Assembly: GCA_965112155.1 (NCBI GenBank)
Contig: OZ218103.1
From: Podarcis liolepis
Taxonomy: Eukaryota
Length of the DNA: 64,000 nt
Strand: one strand, 5' to 3'
Each line of letters starts with the position of its first letter. Position 1 is the stretch's first letter. The notes under the pieces were generated by a model. It was given only the letters and a program-made list of their open reading frames with translations. It had not been told where the DNA came from and did no database searches. A program made the translations under genes and the position numbers. This document shows positions 1-14,526 of the stretch, in pieces.

Positions 1-257
1 TTTTTTAATTTTTATTCTTATCATCTACAATACTGTTTTATTTATTTTATAGTACAGTACATTGATTACTGCTTTCATTTTATGGATCAATGGTCTCATT
101 AGATAGTAAAATTCATGTTAAATTGCTGTTTTAGAGGTTGTTTTTAAAAGTCTGGAGCGGATTAATCCACTTTGCATTACTTTCTATGGGAAAGCGCACC
201 TTGGTTTTAAAAAAAGACTTCTGGAACGGATTAAGTCTGAGAACCAAGGTACCACTG
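1..257. mobile_element. TcMar/Tigger-like MITE, truncated by the window start
   Basis: Ends ...AACCAAGGTACCACTG followed by TA; same terminal repeat family as 8004 and 27831. Confidence 0.75.
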
Positions 258-982
258 TACTTGTTCAGCTGGAAAAATTTTGTGCCAGTGGAACATTGTT
301 GCAAGTGGGTTGCTGGTAACTTTGTTGCACAACAAATTTACACTAGTGCAGCTGTTAAATTGGATTCTTCGGTTGCATGACATTAAAACTTGATCATCCG
401 CTAGCACAAGAGCCCTTGCATTATTAGACAGAGAATATTGGATACGTCCCATTTTCATTTGACTGTGTAACTCAGTCTGTATTTGGCTGTAGCAACTATA
501 CAGTGATTAATAACTATGCAGTTCACTGTGAGGTAGAAGTATTATCAACCTGAAGTGGAGGTGAGCCACTAGGGCTAACTACAGAATGCATGAAATCCCA
601 GGGCGGTGCCTCCCCCCCCCCCCAAGCTGTTTTGCGAATATGAGTGGGGAAATTAAGCATGGGAGTAATGGGAGGAGCTTCTTCATTCCCCCCCCCCTCA
701 CCTGCTGCTTCTCTGTTCTAATGTGCTCCCTAAAACTGCTTTTAATCCAAAGCACTCACTCTACAGCTGTACTCTGTAGGGAAAAATACATGTATTTGCG
801 TGTAATGTCTAATTATGCCCACAGTTACTTAAGTGCCTGAGTTGAAGTGAGTTGGCTTGGAAGTGAATTAACTAAAGGTACAGTTGTCAGCAATAGATCA
901 AAATTTTGAATGTCAGTGGCACAGTAACCATTGCAGAGAGAAGTAGAACAAATCCAAGAGGAACTGGTCTAATCTAGCAAGT

Positions 983-1044
983 GACTGTTGGTGGAACCAG
1001 AACAGTTGGTGGAACCAGAAGACTGTTGGTGGAACCAGAACAGT
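983..1044. repeat. Short tandem repeat, 3 x GTTGGTGGAACCAGAA
   Basis: Copies at 987-1002, 1005-1020 and 1025-1040. Confidence 0.9.
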
Positions 1045-2036
1045 CTTGCATAAGGAGGGACAATGATCAGGAACCTGAAGAGATAAAATTTGTCAAAACT
1101 CACTCTTCGAAATGCACTCTTCCACAATGACCAGAGGCTTTCATTGACCCATTGTGGAAAAGAGAGCAAGCTCAATGCACAACACCAGGCAATTAACTGA
1201 ATTCAACCAGGGGGAAACATGCAGTGTAACAACATGGATCTATGGTTAAAACCTATTGTTATCAGAAATTCAGCTTCTTCTGGAACTTTTAATTGATAGT
1301 GCGACCAAAAGCTTTCTGCATGGCAAAGCATAATATAGAACCTCATAGTAAGCTTCCTGCTATGGAATTTGCTTCTTAAAAAGCAGACACTATTGAACAA
1401 ACAAACCACTTTACTTGGCTCTGTAAGAAGCAGGCTGTTTTGGAATGTAAAATTAAAATGTCTATTCTAGGAGGAGCCACTTCACTCACTTTAAAACCTT
1501 CCTGTTCCATTGTTTTAAAAAAGACTATGTGAAATTGTAATATATAGAAACACCCTATATTTCCAATAATAGAACCAGACAAGGACATTTAAATATAGAA
1601 ATATTTCAATTGGCATTCTGGGATAATGGAGGCCCTCCATTGTCTACACAAACAGAGGAAAAACCTGTTGTGAAATCAGTAAGTCTTTAACCTCTCACAA
1701 GTCAAATCACTACTTTAATCTTAGTTTCATCACGATTAAACTGAGATTTGTTCACAATGTTTGCATCTGCTTTGGTGATATCTTCTCATTAACTCAGTTT
1801 ACTTAGAAGCTGCCAAAAACATGTATCTTTCGACACAATTCTGACTCCACTATTTGGACTCATGCTTAATAGGAAAGCAATACTAAGCCCTCTCCTTACA
1901 ATGTCTATTAATATGACAGAATGCAATTATTTGCTTCTCCTCCTGTAAAATTATTTGTTCACTCATAATTATGGAATTCAAGGTATTCCAGTACTAAAAA
2001 TGATGTTTTCATGTGAAAACACAAATTCATTCTAAC

Positions 2037-2135
2037 CTTAGGAAGAGACCGTGCTGCCTGAAGAAGTTTTCTGCGATGCTGTGGGTCACTAATACCAATC
2101 TCTCGAAGGTCCTGATCTTCCATGACATTACTGCC
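2037..2135 (-). CDS. ANKS1A: ANKS1A exon, 99 nt, second half of SAM1 ([33 protein letters not shown])
   Basis: CTTCCTACAG| acceptor, AAG|GTTAGA donor; phase 0 to 0; lies inside ORF 1959..2183. Confidence 0.96.
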
Positions 2136-2353
2136 CTGTAGGAAGACAAGAGGCAGACGTGAAATAAGGCTCAGCAACAGCACAAAAATGAAGCTCAGCA
2201 GCTTTGCATTTCAATAAAAACTGTGTTTCATATTTTTTGTTTTTACCAGGTCTTTGATTGTATAATAAAAATTGTCTTTGTTGTTTCACAACTCTGCATC
2301 ATGCAAAAACTCCATGTAAATACAGAATTTGGGCACAGACTTCAACACTCTGG

Positions 2354-2432
2354 GAATCATAGAATCATAGAGTTGGAATAGACCACAAGGGCCATCGAGT
2401 CCAACCCCCTGCCAAGCAGGAAACACCATCAG
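2354..2432 (-). mobile_element. CR1 LINE 3' end fragment
   Basis: GAATCATAGAATCATAGAGTTGGAA...GCCATCGAGTCCAACCCC is the reverse complement of the CR1 (ATTCTATG)n tail and 3' UTR. Confidence 0.8.
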
Positions 2433-3009
2433 AGCTTTGATTTTAAAAACAATGTTTCTAGTTCTTAAAGCAGTGAGGATAGCTTTGCAGATGTAGCGGA
2501 GAAACCCCAATGGAACCTCAATGGAACCTCAGCAGCCAAGGTGGAAGGAGCCTACTTTCTAGCATGAGGAACAGGATTTAAGGTATGCATGCTTTCCTTA
2601 TGTAACAGCAGAATTAAGGAAGTGAATAAATTCGCACAACAGATCATAATCCAGCTTTTCTTGGCATTACCTGTGTACAGAATCAATATTTGATCACAGC
2701 TTCAGTCTTGGCCCAGGTATGAAAATTGAGAGCATCACAAGAGCCCTTAGAATAAAAAATCATGGGTCCTCACTAGCTGCTGCTTGGTTATCATAACACA
2801 GTGTAACAAAAGATAGCATCACCAGGGCAAACATTACAGAGTTAGAAATCTAAACAACCATGAAAATAACAGGAGTAATCTGGTTATCATCACAGCAGGA
2901 CCTGAGTGCAATCAGTACTCTCATCTGTGATTTCCTAAAACTAGTATTCTAAGGGAGACTGCCTACAGCAGTTGAGGCGGAACACAGCTGTCTTGACTAT
3001 TCTCCATGA

Positions 3010-3335
3010 AATTCTCTAATCCTTCAAAACCATCCAAGTTGGTGACCTTCACTACATCTTGTGGGAGCGACTATCGAGTTTATCCATGTGGTGTGTAAAG
3101 TAGTATTTTCTTCCAACATTCAGCTTCACTAAATGGACCATAAGTTCTAGTAATATGAGAGAGGAAGGAAAAACTTTTTCCTATCCACTTTTCTCCACAT
3201 CATGCATAATTTTATATAACTCCATAATTTCCCCTGCTTGCCTTTTCTCCAAGTTAAAAAGCAACCTTGCCTCAGGAGAGCTGCTCCAAACCCTTGATCA
3301 TTTTGACTGCCCTTTTCTGAAACTTTTCAAGCTTT
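3010..3335 (-). mobile_element. Old CR1-type LINE fragment
   Basis: Degenerate CR1 ORF2/3' motifs (TTCACTACATCTTGTGGGAG..., ATAATTTTATATAACTCCATAAT, CCCTTGATCATTTTGACTGCCCTTTTCTG); boundaries approximate. Confidence 0.55.
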
Positions 3336-5770
3336 ATAGGAGAAGGGGGAAATCTGAAGTCATGGACACTTATAAGCATCAAGTTCTTATTTGTTCCCAC
3401 TCTCAATGACCCTGGCCCCCAAGGTCTAAGGCAAAGACCAATGGATCCTCCAGCAATGGCTCCCTTGCTACCTTCTGCTGCTCTGCAATCTCACTGCATC
3501 CCTGCTTCTTTTCTCTCTGTAGGCTTCCCCCCTTTCACCTCCTTGCCTCTGCATCAAAGGAGCCTTTTTGTTAAGTGCACTGCATACTTCCCAGCTGCTT
3601 GGTTCAGGCTATCCAAAGCCTGCTTTCACTGCTGGCCCCACTGCATCTCATTCCGTCCAATAAATTTCAGTAGATTGATTTACATGACCTTCCCATTGCA
3701 TACATGCTCGCTTTCATCAGTCATCCCTTTGATCATAGTTTAACAATCCAGTATACCTGGACGCAGCTTCAGCTGCCTGCCCTTTCCTCGTAGTCAGCTT
3801 TGCTAGTGCACTGCACTGGCATGCATGGAAAGCTCGTCTTTGCCTGAATTCCCTTGAGGGCCAGAGAGAGAAAATTGAATTTATTTTAGAGCATGCCAAC
3901 AATCCAGGGAAGGTCAGTTTCACTGTAATCTATCATGCGTCTCCATGGAGATGGAAGCAACCCAGCCCTCTCTAGAGGAGTGACTTTCATCATTACACTC
4001 TTTACAAAGCTCATTATCTCCACATGTGAAGTGTGGAAGAATGAATGAATGAGTACATAGTGCTTAGCAAAGGCAATATTCAACAGCCATTTTACTATAC
4101 ATCTTGTTTTTCTTACTGCTCAGATCCAGCCCAGAACACCCCTTTCATTACTGAAGCGATTATAAAACCAAAGCTACCTTGTAGCTCATTTTTTGCAAAT
4201 AAGATTAGCTAACCCAGACTACTGTCCAATTGTGCTAGATAGTGCTTATATATACATTCAAAACTAGACACAGTTTCCCACACTATTATATGTGATTCTT
4301 TTCTCTATTGTGCTTGTCGTAACTAAAACGTGAGAATGAACAGAGAGCTGAAAAGGTGAGCTAAAGTACATATAAATAGCTAAAAGCATAGAGAAAGGAA
4401 CAAGTTTCTTTTTATCTTCACAAAAAGGTGAGCATCCAGTATAATTCTTCCACATACATTTTTTTTAAAAGGTAACATTCAACATGAACTCCCTTTTTGT
4501 AAAAGACAATTCCTAGGGTACTACAGTAATTTTTACACATACAGTGAAAGAAGATCTAGATAAAAGCACTAGGATGCCTTATTGCTATATTAAGCACAGG
4601 CATACAACGATTCCTTTTACACGAAGACCCCCACTATCATATGATGGCATAGCAATTTGAAATTCCCATCTTGTGTCAGCTATCAACACATGTAAACAAC
4701 AACCACTGAGGGGCAAAAATAGTTATTAACTGGTGATCATTAATTACTAATTATATCCCTCTTCAGTTCTATCAATAAAGGGGAGACTATTAGAAAAACC
4801 AACCCTTGTAAAGGCTGCTTACTATAAACAGAAAAAGAGAGAGAGAGAGATCCATTTGAGAGTGAATTTGCCATCTGCTGAATCTGCAAGGCCAGACCAT
4901 TTTCTTCACACATGAAATGACAGCAGTAATTGCACATTGATGTAGGCCATCATGCACTTTGTATGACAGCATAGAGTAAACACAGCACAAGATTCTTCTT
5001 TTGCTTGCCTTGTTTGCTGTGGCTATTGTTTAATGGAGAATTTTTACATGGCTGTATCCAGAATATTTCTGCAATGCCTTTTCTGTATTTTCATTGAGCT
5101 GCATTAGCCATTGAATCTGCAATGATGTCACATATTCTGGTAAAAGGGCAACTGGTATTTTGTCTAAATTGTACTGTACTAATTTCCATGGTTAGCTCTT
5201 TTGCCGTAAAACAATCCTATGAAATAAAGGGCATTTTGTAATCTTAATACAATAACTTAATTTGCAATGAAAAGCTCAATGTTTGCTCCATTTTGAGTTG
5301 GTAAACATTAACATGATGAACAGCAGCTACAGCCATTTTCTAAAACACAAAAGCTGCCTGCATGTTTTGATCTGAAGTACCACCAATTATACCCATACAA
5401 CACTCACTTAGTACATCTCACAGGCAAATAAATCCTTCTGAACTTAATGAAATGTCCATTTCAATGGGCGCACATAGTGCCCTTTTCAGTGACTTGTTCA
5501 TGTTTACACAGGCTGTATACATACTTCAGCCATCCAAGTGCTGCAGTTTGTGGTTTTCTAAAAGCACTTTTGTAGACATTGCTTTGCAGTTGTTCATGGA
5601 GGAAGTCTGGTAGCATAGGCTGCACAGGTTCATCATATTGCTTAGTGTATCACACAGACAACACCATGACTAATTTCTCTCTCTCATTTTTTGCAAGGTG
5701 TTGTATATTTATGCTCCCTCCCCTTTCAATGGCCACCACACTCCTTAACAAAAACCTTGCCAGTTATTAA

Positions 5771-5905
5771 TGTTTGATGCTTTATTTATTATTATTAATG
5801 CTAAACATTATTGTTTGACATTTTATTATGTTTTTATGTGTGTTGGAAGCTGCCCAGAGTGGCTGGGGCAACCCAGCCAGATGGGCGGGCATAAAGACTA
5901 AAATT
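5771..5905 (+). mobile_element. 3' tail of an L2-type LINE/SINE
   Basis: T-rich tract followed by GGAAGCTGCCCAGAGTGGCTGGGGCAACCCAGCCAGATGGGCGGGCATAAA, typical of squamate L2-related 3' ends. Confidence 0.65.
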
Positions 5906-6294
5906 TGTTGTATCAGAAGTCTGGTAGCACAGGTTGCGCAAGCAGAGTAAGTTTTATTGCACTCAGTGCATGCCCATGGGCTTCCTTCCCTTGTACAATG
6001 CAGGTGACTTCTTGACTACTTCTCTCGGGGAGAGGATGTGAGGCAGTCTGGGTTGTATCCAGCTCTGAGTGTGACTAGCATTGGATACAACCCTCTGTTT
6101 ATGTCCAGGGATGTTTACCCCCTTGTACCATGCAGGCAACCTCTACATATCTCTTTTTCTTTTGGCAAAGCACTCTTGACCATGCTCAGAGGCTGCCTGT
6201 TCTGGTGCCATGCACACAGCTTATAATTACTAATTATAATTAGTATAATTAGTTTTATTGCAAGGCACTCAAGACATGGTCTGCTCAGTTTAAT

Positions 6295-6296
6295 GA

Positions 6297-6332
<36 letters not shown>

Positions 6333-6333
6333 A
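6295..6333. repeat. (GAAA)n microsatellite
   Basis: About 9.75 perfect units. Confidence 0.97.
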
Positions 6334-7132
6334 CCCAGGCCTCCAATATATATGCTCCCCGTTACAACAATTAATTTCATTTGAGTCATTGTGGTTTTTT
6401 AAAGGGCAAAGTATAGTGATATTTTGTTAAAGGGCAACACAAAAAATGGACACATCTTGAATTTGTTGAACTGCCAACATAAGCAGTCAGAAAATATATA
6501 TCTTGGTGAAAAAAGTTTATAGGGATTGCAACATTATGTTGATCCAACCTTTGAGATTTTGATAAACTGGAAGGATTACTTTAAAAATAATAAATGCTAT
6601 GGTGGAAGCCAGTACCTTTCCAACTGTGCTTGAGTACAGAAGAGTTTGCAGCTGTTTGCACCCATCCTTTTAAAGAGTAAAGCAGCAGTGAAACTTCTGT
6701 GACTCTCTAAAGACTGAAATATCAACATACTGATACACATGAGAAAAAATATTTTCAAAGCCCAATTTGATTGTCTTTGAGGTGGTATGAAACACCAGAT
6801 GACTCAGATACCTCTCAGGTCAATCTCCACATAGGTGTCATAAGACCCCAAATGGAGGACCACAAAGAAAGTGCTTCCAGTTTCCACACAAGACAAGGGG
6901 TGCATCAGAATGTGTTCTACTGAAAGGTGCTTTCAAAATACCGAAAAAACCTATACCAACTATATAGGGATGACAATGTTGTACGCTAAGCAAAAACTGC
7001 TTATGTGGAAGACAGTGCAGTGCAGTCAATCCATATAATCTCATGCTTATTCCACACGTATGTGCCACTACCAGGCTTGGTGAATGCACATATATAGGTA
7101 GGTTACAGTGCAGAAGGCTAAGACATTTAGGT

Positions 7133-7318
7133 CAGGGGTAGTCAACCTTTTTATACCTACTGCCCACTAATCCATCTTTCTTGATGGTAAAATTTTCTTA
7201 CTGCCCACCAGTGCTCAATGGAAGGAGGATTCAGCTTGTGCCATAGAACCCCCTACCGCCCACCTAGAATCCTGAAACGCCCACTAGTGAGCGATAGGGA
7301 CCAGGTTGACAACCCCTG
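7133..7318. mobile_element. hAT MITE, 186 bp
   Basis: TIRs CAGGGGTAGTCAACCT...AGGTTGACAACCCCTG; perfect 8-bp TSD ATTTAGGT at 7125-7132 and 7319-7326. Confidence 0.92.
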
Positions 7319-7658
7319 ATTTAGGTTATCATTTTTCATAATACTGCTTTAAATGAGACTTTGTAATGCAGGTCTTGTTGCATTAAAACTACTGTTTTGG
7401 CTTACGGTTTCCCTTATACTGTACAATGTTAGCTTTTGCTCCTGTAATCAGTACTGCATACATTGCTGCTTCTCATCATGAATCTCTGTGCAAGACTTCT
7501 CCACATTAAAGCAAAATGAAGCACATCTCTGCACCACCAGCTTGCAGCAGCAATGGGAATTACCCTTTGGCACCAGGGGAAAACAGGTGGATATTTTGAA
7601 AGAAGTGCATTGCTGCCTGCATGGATAAGGCAGATACTTCAGAGGCTTTACTCTACAG

Positions 7659-7785
7659 CAGGGGTGGGGAACATGTGACCCTCCTGGTGTACTATGACTC
7701 CAGTACCCATCATCTCTTACCATTAGCCAAGCCGGTTGGGACTAAGGACAACAACATCTGGAGGGCACCAGGTTCCCCAATCCTG
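7659..7785. mobile_element. Degraded hAT-Charlie-type palindromic MITE
   Basis: CAGGGGTGGGGAAC...GTTCCCCAATCCTG; flanks CTCTACAG and GTGTACAG match at 6 of 8; related to 34569-34704. Confidence 0.75.
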
Positions 7786-8003
7786 GTGTACAGCAAACCT
7801 CTCAAACCTTAACATAAAATGTGTGACACCCATTGAGATTATCACTGCCAAGAATCAAGGTCTAAGCATTATGATCTGCCCAGACTAGTTTTACTTAGAC
7901 CTCAGAAAGTGACCTCTCTTTTAGCAGTAGCAGCTTTGAGAGCTCCACTTGAATAGGCACTTGCTCTGGGATCAGCATTGTCTCAGTTAGCACTTCACTA
8001 GTA

Positions 8004-8212
8004 CAGTGGTACCTTGGGTTACAGACGCTTCAGGTTACAGACTCCGCTAACCCAGAAATAGTACCTCGGGTTAAGAACTTTGCTTCAGGATGAGAACAGA
8101 AATTGCGCAGCGGTGGCACAGCTGCAGCGGGAGGCCCCATTAGCTAAAGTGGTGCTTCAGGTTAAGAACAGACCTCCAGAACGAATTAAGTTCTTAACCC
8201 GAGGTACCACTA
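8004..8212. mobile_element. TcMar/Tigger-like MITE
   Basis: TA|CAGTGGTACCTTGGGTTA...TTAACCCGAGGTACCACT|A; TIRs and a TA target site. Confidence 0.88.
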
Positions 8213-9534
8213 TTTTAGGAGCAGAGGCTGGAGGGCAGAAAGGACTCTGGTTCAGGGCACAGTAGGAGAGAATAATAATTTTCACAATCAAAAATTTGAT
8301 GGGAGGATTTTTCAGGGCTACTTCTCTCATCATAGATCGAAGAACCATCGAGCAGTATTTAAATATGCACATCATATGGAGATTCCTCGTTCCCTGAACC
8401 ATCCCCATATTCATGTATCCTGTGAATCCCCATTCTAAAAGTACTTAACATGCACAGCATAATATTCAGGAAATCATTACAGGCTTATACCTTTGGCCCT
8501 GCTGAATTGTGTCCCGTCCCCCCCTCCCCCTGAGAAATGTCCATCTTCCTTTGCTGAAAAAGGCCCCCCGCTTCCAACCTAAGCACAGAGCTGGCACTTC
8601 CCTAAGGCTGCCTATGAGAATTCCACTCTGCTTTTTAGAGCCCAACATGGCTCTGCGGGACTAAATGGCAAAGACTATTTTAGCTTCTCTGATAAGCAGG
8701 CAGAACTGAACACACAGGTAGAAAATCCATAGGGGAGGCAAGAGGCATTTTTACTTAATTGGTTCTGAGAGGAGATGCACATTTAAAAGCAGAGGGAAGT
8801 GTTCACTAGGTGGTCCTTCCTTACAAGCTTTTGATAACAAGATGGATTGGAGACAGACAAAACCTAGCAGGAAATCTCTTAATGCAATCATGTGAACCAA
8901 AGTAGTACAAAGTGTTATGGGCTGTTCTATCTGGGTGTCTGTTGTTTTAAAAAAAACCTTTGAAGAGACATTACTATTACTCAATCTAAGGGAGTTTTGA
9001 CACTTCTACTTGACAATGTTATAATGCAATCATGACCTATCATTCACCTATTATTCATTCATGAATAATTTAAGAGATCTATTCCTTGCTATCAGTACCC
9101 CAAAGCTCAGCTCCCCAAAAGCAGCTAGACTTGGTGAAAACATCTCAAGTCTGTCTCTGTGATGGTTTGGTTTTCATCTAGATGAACTGCTCTTTGATTT
9201 GGTATGCTTTGGTTCCTTTTCTTTGGTACATCTACTCATTCCTGCTGCTACTTCTGTTATTTTGCATACCAGGCGTCATTCTGTACAATTTTGGTTATTG
9301 TTTTTATTATCATTTCCCTATGATATGTTTGCTCTTTTTCTTTTGACTACCTTCTGCTTTTATTTGTATTGCTATGTACAGATAAAAATGTTTGCCTGTC
9401 TTTGGAATGCTGAGAAGGGATAATGGTCACTAACTAGAACCTCAGTCACAAATTACACTGTCCATTTTGATCTCCAAACTGTTTTCCCCTCCAAGTCTCA
9501 TTCTCCACAATCTTCAGAAGGATTCACCTACAGT

Positions 9535-9690
9535 CAGTGGCAGAGCTTCATGCTCTGGCACCGGGGGCATGGCTGGTGCACATCCCGGGGGTGTGGTGCA
9601 CTGCCCGTGGGGCATGGCGTGCTGCCTGCTGGGGTGTGGCGCCCAGCGCGCGGGGGGGGGGGGAGCCACGATGGCACCCCACCGGGATCG
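9535..9690. mobile_element. GC-rich non-autonomous DNA element fragment (hAT-like)
   Basis: Abrupt GC-rich island starting CAGTGGCAGAGCTTCATGCTCTGGCACC; family assignment is tentative. Confidence 0.5.
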
Positions 9691-10572
9691 TGGTCTGGGC
9701 CATTATTATGCCTACATACTATGCAAGGTCATTTGCTTACAACAGTTATCACACAGTGCATAAAATTAGAGATTTAGCCAAAATGTTAGTGCTCTTAAGG
9801 AACTTTTTAAAAAAACCTTTATACTAAATATGCAGTTTTCTTGCTTCAAAGCAGCCTTATATTTATGCATTCATCTGGTAGCAATAGGTGAGAAGGAATG
9901 AATGCAGGTGAGTGAGTGGGGATGCTGTATGACAGGCAGAGTGCTTCATTCCTCTTCTGCATCCAGTAGAAACCAAAATTCACTCTTCCACAGGCTAAAG
10001 CAGGGGTGCAACTCTCTGTGTCCTATAGCAAACTAGTAAAGTTTATGATAGGATAATGTTTGTGAACTTATTTGCAAGGCTGCTTTAAAGTTCTGCCCTA
10101 GTTTCATTTCAGCAATACAAGAATATTTCAAACCACATTCATGGACATAGAATTTACAGACTTTGTCCTCTTTTGGATGCAATGCCAAACTGTGATTTAG
10201 CATTATGTGAACAACTCTGGGTGGGCCATGAGTTAACACACTCCCCTTTCCCAGCATTCCCCCTCCCCCACACTCCCCCTTCCCCTTCTCAAACTGAAGA
10301 TCAGAAACTTTCACTTCCATTTTCACTAATCCAAACTCTAAACTGTGGTTAATATTACCTATGTGTTGTTAAAACAAGCCATCTTAAAAAAACACAGGTT
10401 TGAAGTTGGATTGTTGCAGAACACAATCGTTGATGGAACATAACCACCAGTTATGCACTTAGTTAGATTTGGAAGCAAAAGCTTCTAATCAGCTCCTAGC
10501 ACCTAGATGGTAGCAGGAAATAGATGGGCATGATCCTGAGGCTGGCTCAAGATTGTTCATGTTTATCATTAT

Positions 10573-10816
10573 TAGGGTTGCCATATGTCTGGAATTTTCC
10601 CTACATATTCGGAATACTGCGGTTGGAAGCAGTGACTGGGTGGAAATTGCAAAAATGTCCAGGAAAATCCCGACATATGGCAACCCATGTCAGCAGTGTC
10701 GTTTTGGGCCATTTTCCTTAAAAATGGCTCCAAAACTTTTGGTTTTTGTGAATTTGTCAGAAAACCTCAACAACTTTTCTGTCTGGATTTTCACTGTTTG
10801 AAATATGGCAACCCTA
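10573..10816. mobile_element. hAT (Blackjack-like) MITE
   Basis: TIRs TAGGGTTGCCATAT...ATATGGCAACCCTA; a second copy lies at about 40280-40493. Confidence 0.8.
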
Positions 10817-13800
10817 GTATTATCTCTGAATGAGGTCATTGTGTCAAATTGATCTTGAACATGCTATCCCTGAAGCTAAATTTGTATCAGAATAAAGCAA
10901 AATGGAACAGAGAACAATCGAGAAGCTTATGCTTGGGGGGAAGTTACCAAATTCAATGAAATAGAACCAAATGACATCAATATGCTGCTAATGTGTTGTA
11001 TAAGCAATAAAGTGGTACTCCAACACAATGAGCAATACTGTGCAGTAACTTAATCGCATCACAACAGCAGCAAGGACTACTAACACATTGGGGAATCCGG
11101 AAGTAGCCTGTGTACCTGTCACCAAGTACACAAAAACAGTAACAAGTGAGGTAGACATATATGCGTACAATTGTGTCCATGATATACTTGGTTTCCATAA
11201 TGCTTTCACCTCTTTCCTTTTTTAGGTGAAGTTGGGACTGGTATTCTCAGTACACGTGTATAGCCATATCACACACTACTGCGTGCATGGTGATCAGTGA
11301 GTGGGTCTAAAACCCACATTAACATGAACTGTCCCAAACATCTCTCGCCATACGCTTTACTAATGGAACCTTCATTATGGAATTAGAAAAAAGAATGATC
11401 ACAAACTTCTGAAGATGAGAAAAATGCTTTGTGCCACATTCAACAAACCTGTGGCCCCCTCTGCTCTTCCCATGTCCCCCTATGTCCTCACCAAATTTAC
11501 TTTGAATTCGAACGTAGGGTGAGGAGAGGAATCATTCAATCAAACACGTGAAAATACTTGTGCTGATGGAATGATCTCCTTAGCACTATGATGAATATCA
11601 CCCTTTATCAATGTGGTGTTTTTAAACTTTTGTTTTCCCATTCATTAGTGAATTAAATAGATGTGAACAGGAATACAGAGTGTTCTATAAAATGAAACCA
11701 AGCCCATGCTTGCCTCTTGGGAGTACGTAGTCCAAACCACTGACTAACTGTGCTTACAAGGTCACTGAATATTTCCACAATGCTGTATCAGGTATGGGGT
11801 GAGAACTACTGGAGTCACCCGACTTTAAAAATAAAACCTTCGAAAGGAAGATGTTTCATTGTTATTCAGTAGTTCTCCTGCCTAACATACCCTCAAGCCA
11901 AGGGCACTGCTGAACCAATAACTCCATGCTGCTAAGCAATACTAAACTGAAACAGCAAGATTACAACTGTGGAAATCTGTCAAAACATCTGCTGCTCAAG
12001 AAATCTAGCTATGTACCTTAAAACAAAATCAAACATCTTATGCTGTAATGGCAATGTAGCTTCAACCAGAACATTTTTGTTTCTTAGCTGGCTCAATTAA
12101 ATTTAAATTCAGACTTTTGCATATTAGCAAATTGCAGCCTACCTTAAGAGATGATGGCTATAAAATAGCACCACATAGAGACCAGCATAAATTACTAAAA
12201 ACTTGTGTGTGCATTTGAAAGGAAGTTACATACTAATTAAAAATAACAGCCACTCATCTTTCTTATTGTGATGCAGTACATGGAATGTTTGGGGATTTGC
12301 GTAAATTTGATGCTGAAAATATTTCTGCAGTGTGCGTTACAGTGTGAATTATGGGATTAGTGTTCAATCAACCAACATAGATGTCAGCTGCTCAGTATAC
12401 ATTTGACTCCTCAAATTATGATACTTAACTTATTTTGCCTCAGTGCTTTATAATCTGTGGTTTTCTAGCATCCCACTCTTGAGGAATCTCTCCTATATTG
12501 GTTATTCTGTATTCCTGTAAGTCTACCATGGAACCTCGGTATCTTAGAGCATTAGTGGCCACATCTACTGAAAATGATTAATGGTCCTCAAAACATTCCC
12601 TAGAATATACTCAACAGTCCCCTGCATTGCACAATACAAATAGGGAGATCAGTAGAGGTGGCCATAATTGCCTTTTGTGAAAAGTACTGCTTTATGACTG
12701 CCTTAATACCCCTTGAACTGATCCAGTGCCTAATGTTGCTGGATGTACAGCTCAGACCATAACATCTCTATTTTTCTACAACCAAATCAAAGCAGAAACT
12801 TGGAAATGTGACCTGCCCTGAGATCTTGTGGTAAAGGGCGGTATATAAATTTTAATAACAACAATGCCAAGCTTTTCCCATGCAATCCAGGCTGTACACC
12901 TGTGTCCCACAGAGAGACTCCTCCTCCAATAAAATAGTATTTATCTTTCAAGAAGCATGACTTCTTAGTATTAAATAATTCAGTTCTTGTAAATTTCAAA
13001 AGTGTCTTAAGAAACGATAGCAATAGGAGACTACTGGAACTACAATTTGCAGTGTATATCCCTATCTGTATGTTCAAAGTATTAGGCACGTCATCTGTCA
13101 CTCCTTTTCTCCTAAGTGGCTATTGAAACCTTTCTAATTCCATTCATACAAAACTGATTTTATCATCTCCCTATGCCACTACAATGGTGGAAATCTCCCA
13201 TCATTCCTTCTGGTTTGTACTGAGACTTCCATTTCCTCTCCTCCCCCATGTGCCCAAAAAATCTGCTCTGGAGGGTTCCTCAAACCTACAGAGCTGATTT
13301 TGAGGGTGCATAGGGGGTTGGAGAGGACAGAAGAGGAAGTGGATAGGGTAGGGTCAAGTATATTCCCTATAGTCACAAGGCATCAGCGGACAGCATCGTA
13401 GTGAGTCAAGTAAAACAAAACTAAGAACAGAATTGGAGTACAAGTCATTTCCCATAACCATGAGAAGTAAAACTTTCATACCCAGTATGTCCTTCTTGCA
13501 TCCCCTCCTAACTGCAGTTTAACTAATATGAACCCTAGTTGCTAGCATCCTGAGATATTGTATGCTTGAAAAGTGTGAAGTGAACCAAAGCTGACAGTTG
13601 AAAGTTTATATTTGATTCATCAGAAGCTTTGGGGCAAACAAATGCTTGTAAAGTGACAGCTAATTTTTTTACCCTTCATTTACACCAGTGACATATGACA
13701 ATCCTTAGTTGATCACCATTGTAGCACTGCCAATGTTACAAAATATATTGAGCAAAAATGAAACAACCATACTGATTCAGATTTATTGTGGGTTTGTGAA

Positions 13801-14366
13801 TTTTAGTCATGCCTCCAAGTGCTGTTGTTTTTTTAAAGTAACGAGTGGTCAATTGATAACCCTTCAACACAAATTATTCCTTCCAAGTGTGAGTCTCCAG
13901 AACTTTCAAGCTACATTTTAGTAGGAAGGACATGAGAAAGAAAGCATTTGTTATTGGCCTTGGGGTATCTTGGAACAGGGAACTATGAACATACATATGC
14001 TTCTCACATGGGAAATAATCTACTATGAGGGCAAAACTATTTCCCCAGAGACTACATATGGTTGTGCCTTAAATATAGCGTGTTATGTTTCAGAAGAGGA
14101 GTATTTCTTATTTCTATAGCAGATGGAAAGGAAGTGTAAGGAATGTATAAAACCAGCATGCAGAGACATGTCCACAATAGCATTCCACTTTTTCAGAATG
14201 CAGCTAAAACATAACATTCTCTTGCATGCAAGTTACCTCTGCAATTATTATTGTTATTGTTATTATTCATTTCATTTCTATACTGCTTTGCATTTTAAAG
14301 AAAAAACCCTCAAAGCAGTTTACAACCTACATTAAAATGTCAAATAAAACAACACAGAGCAACAGG

Positions 14367-14526
14367 AAACAAAAATATTATCTTAAACATTTCAAAAGAA
14401 AACATTTCAAAGGAGGTAAACTACAGAATGCACATCTAATGCAGCAAACAAAAAATATTATCTTAAACATTTCAAAAGAAAACATTACTAAAGGAAGTCA
14501 AACAAAATGCACATTTAAAGCAGCAT
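14367..14526. repeat. Tandem duplication with a period of about 80 bp
   Basis: AAAAATATTATCTTAAACATTTCAAAAGAAAACATT at 14371 and 14451, with similar continuations. Confidence 0.85.

Noticed and set aside
983-1044. Direct repeats superficially like a CRISPR array
   Set aside because: Eukaryotic intron, spacers of only 2-4 nt; a slippage duplication.
9467-9827. Three overlapping ORFs and a GC-rich island
   Set aside because: Explained by a GC-rich repeat insertion; too short for a CpG-island promoter.
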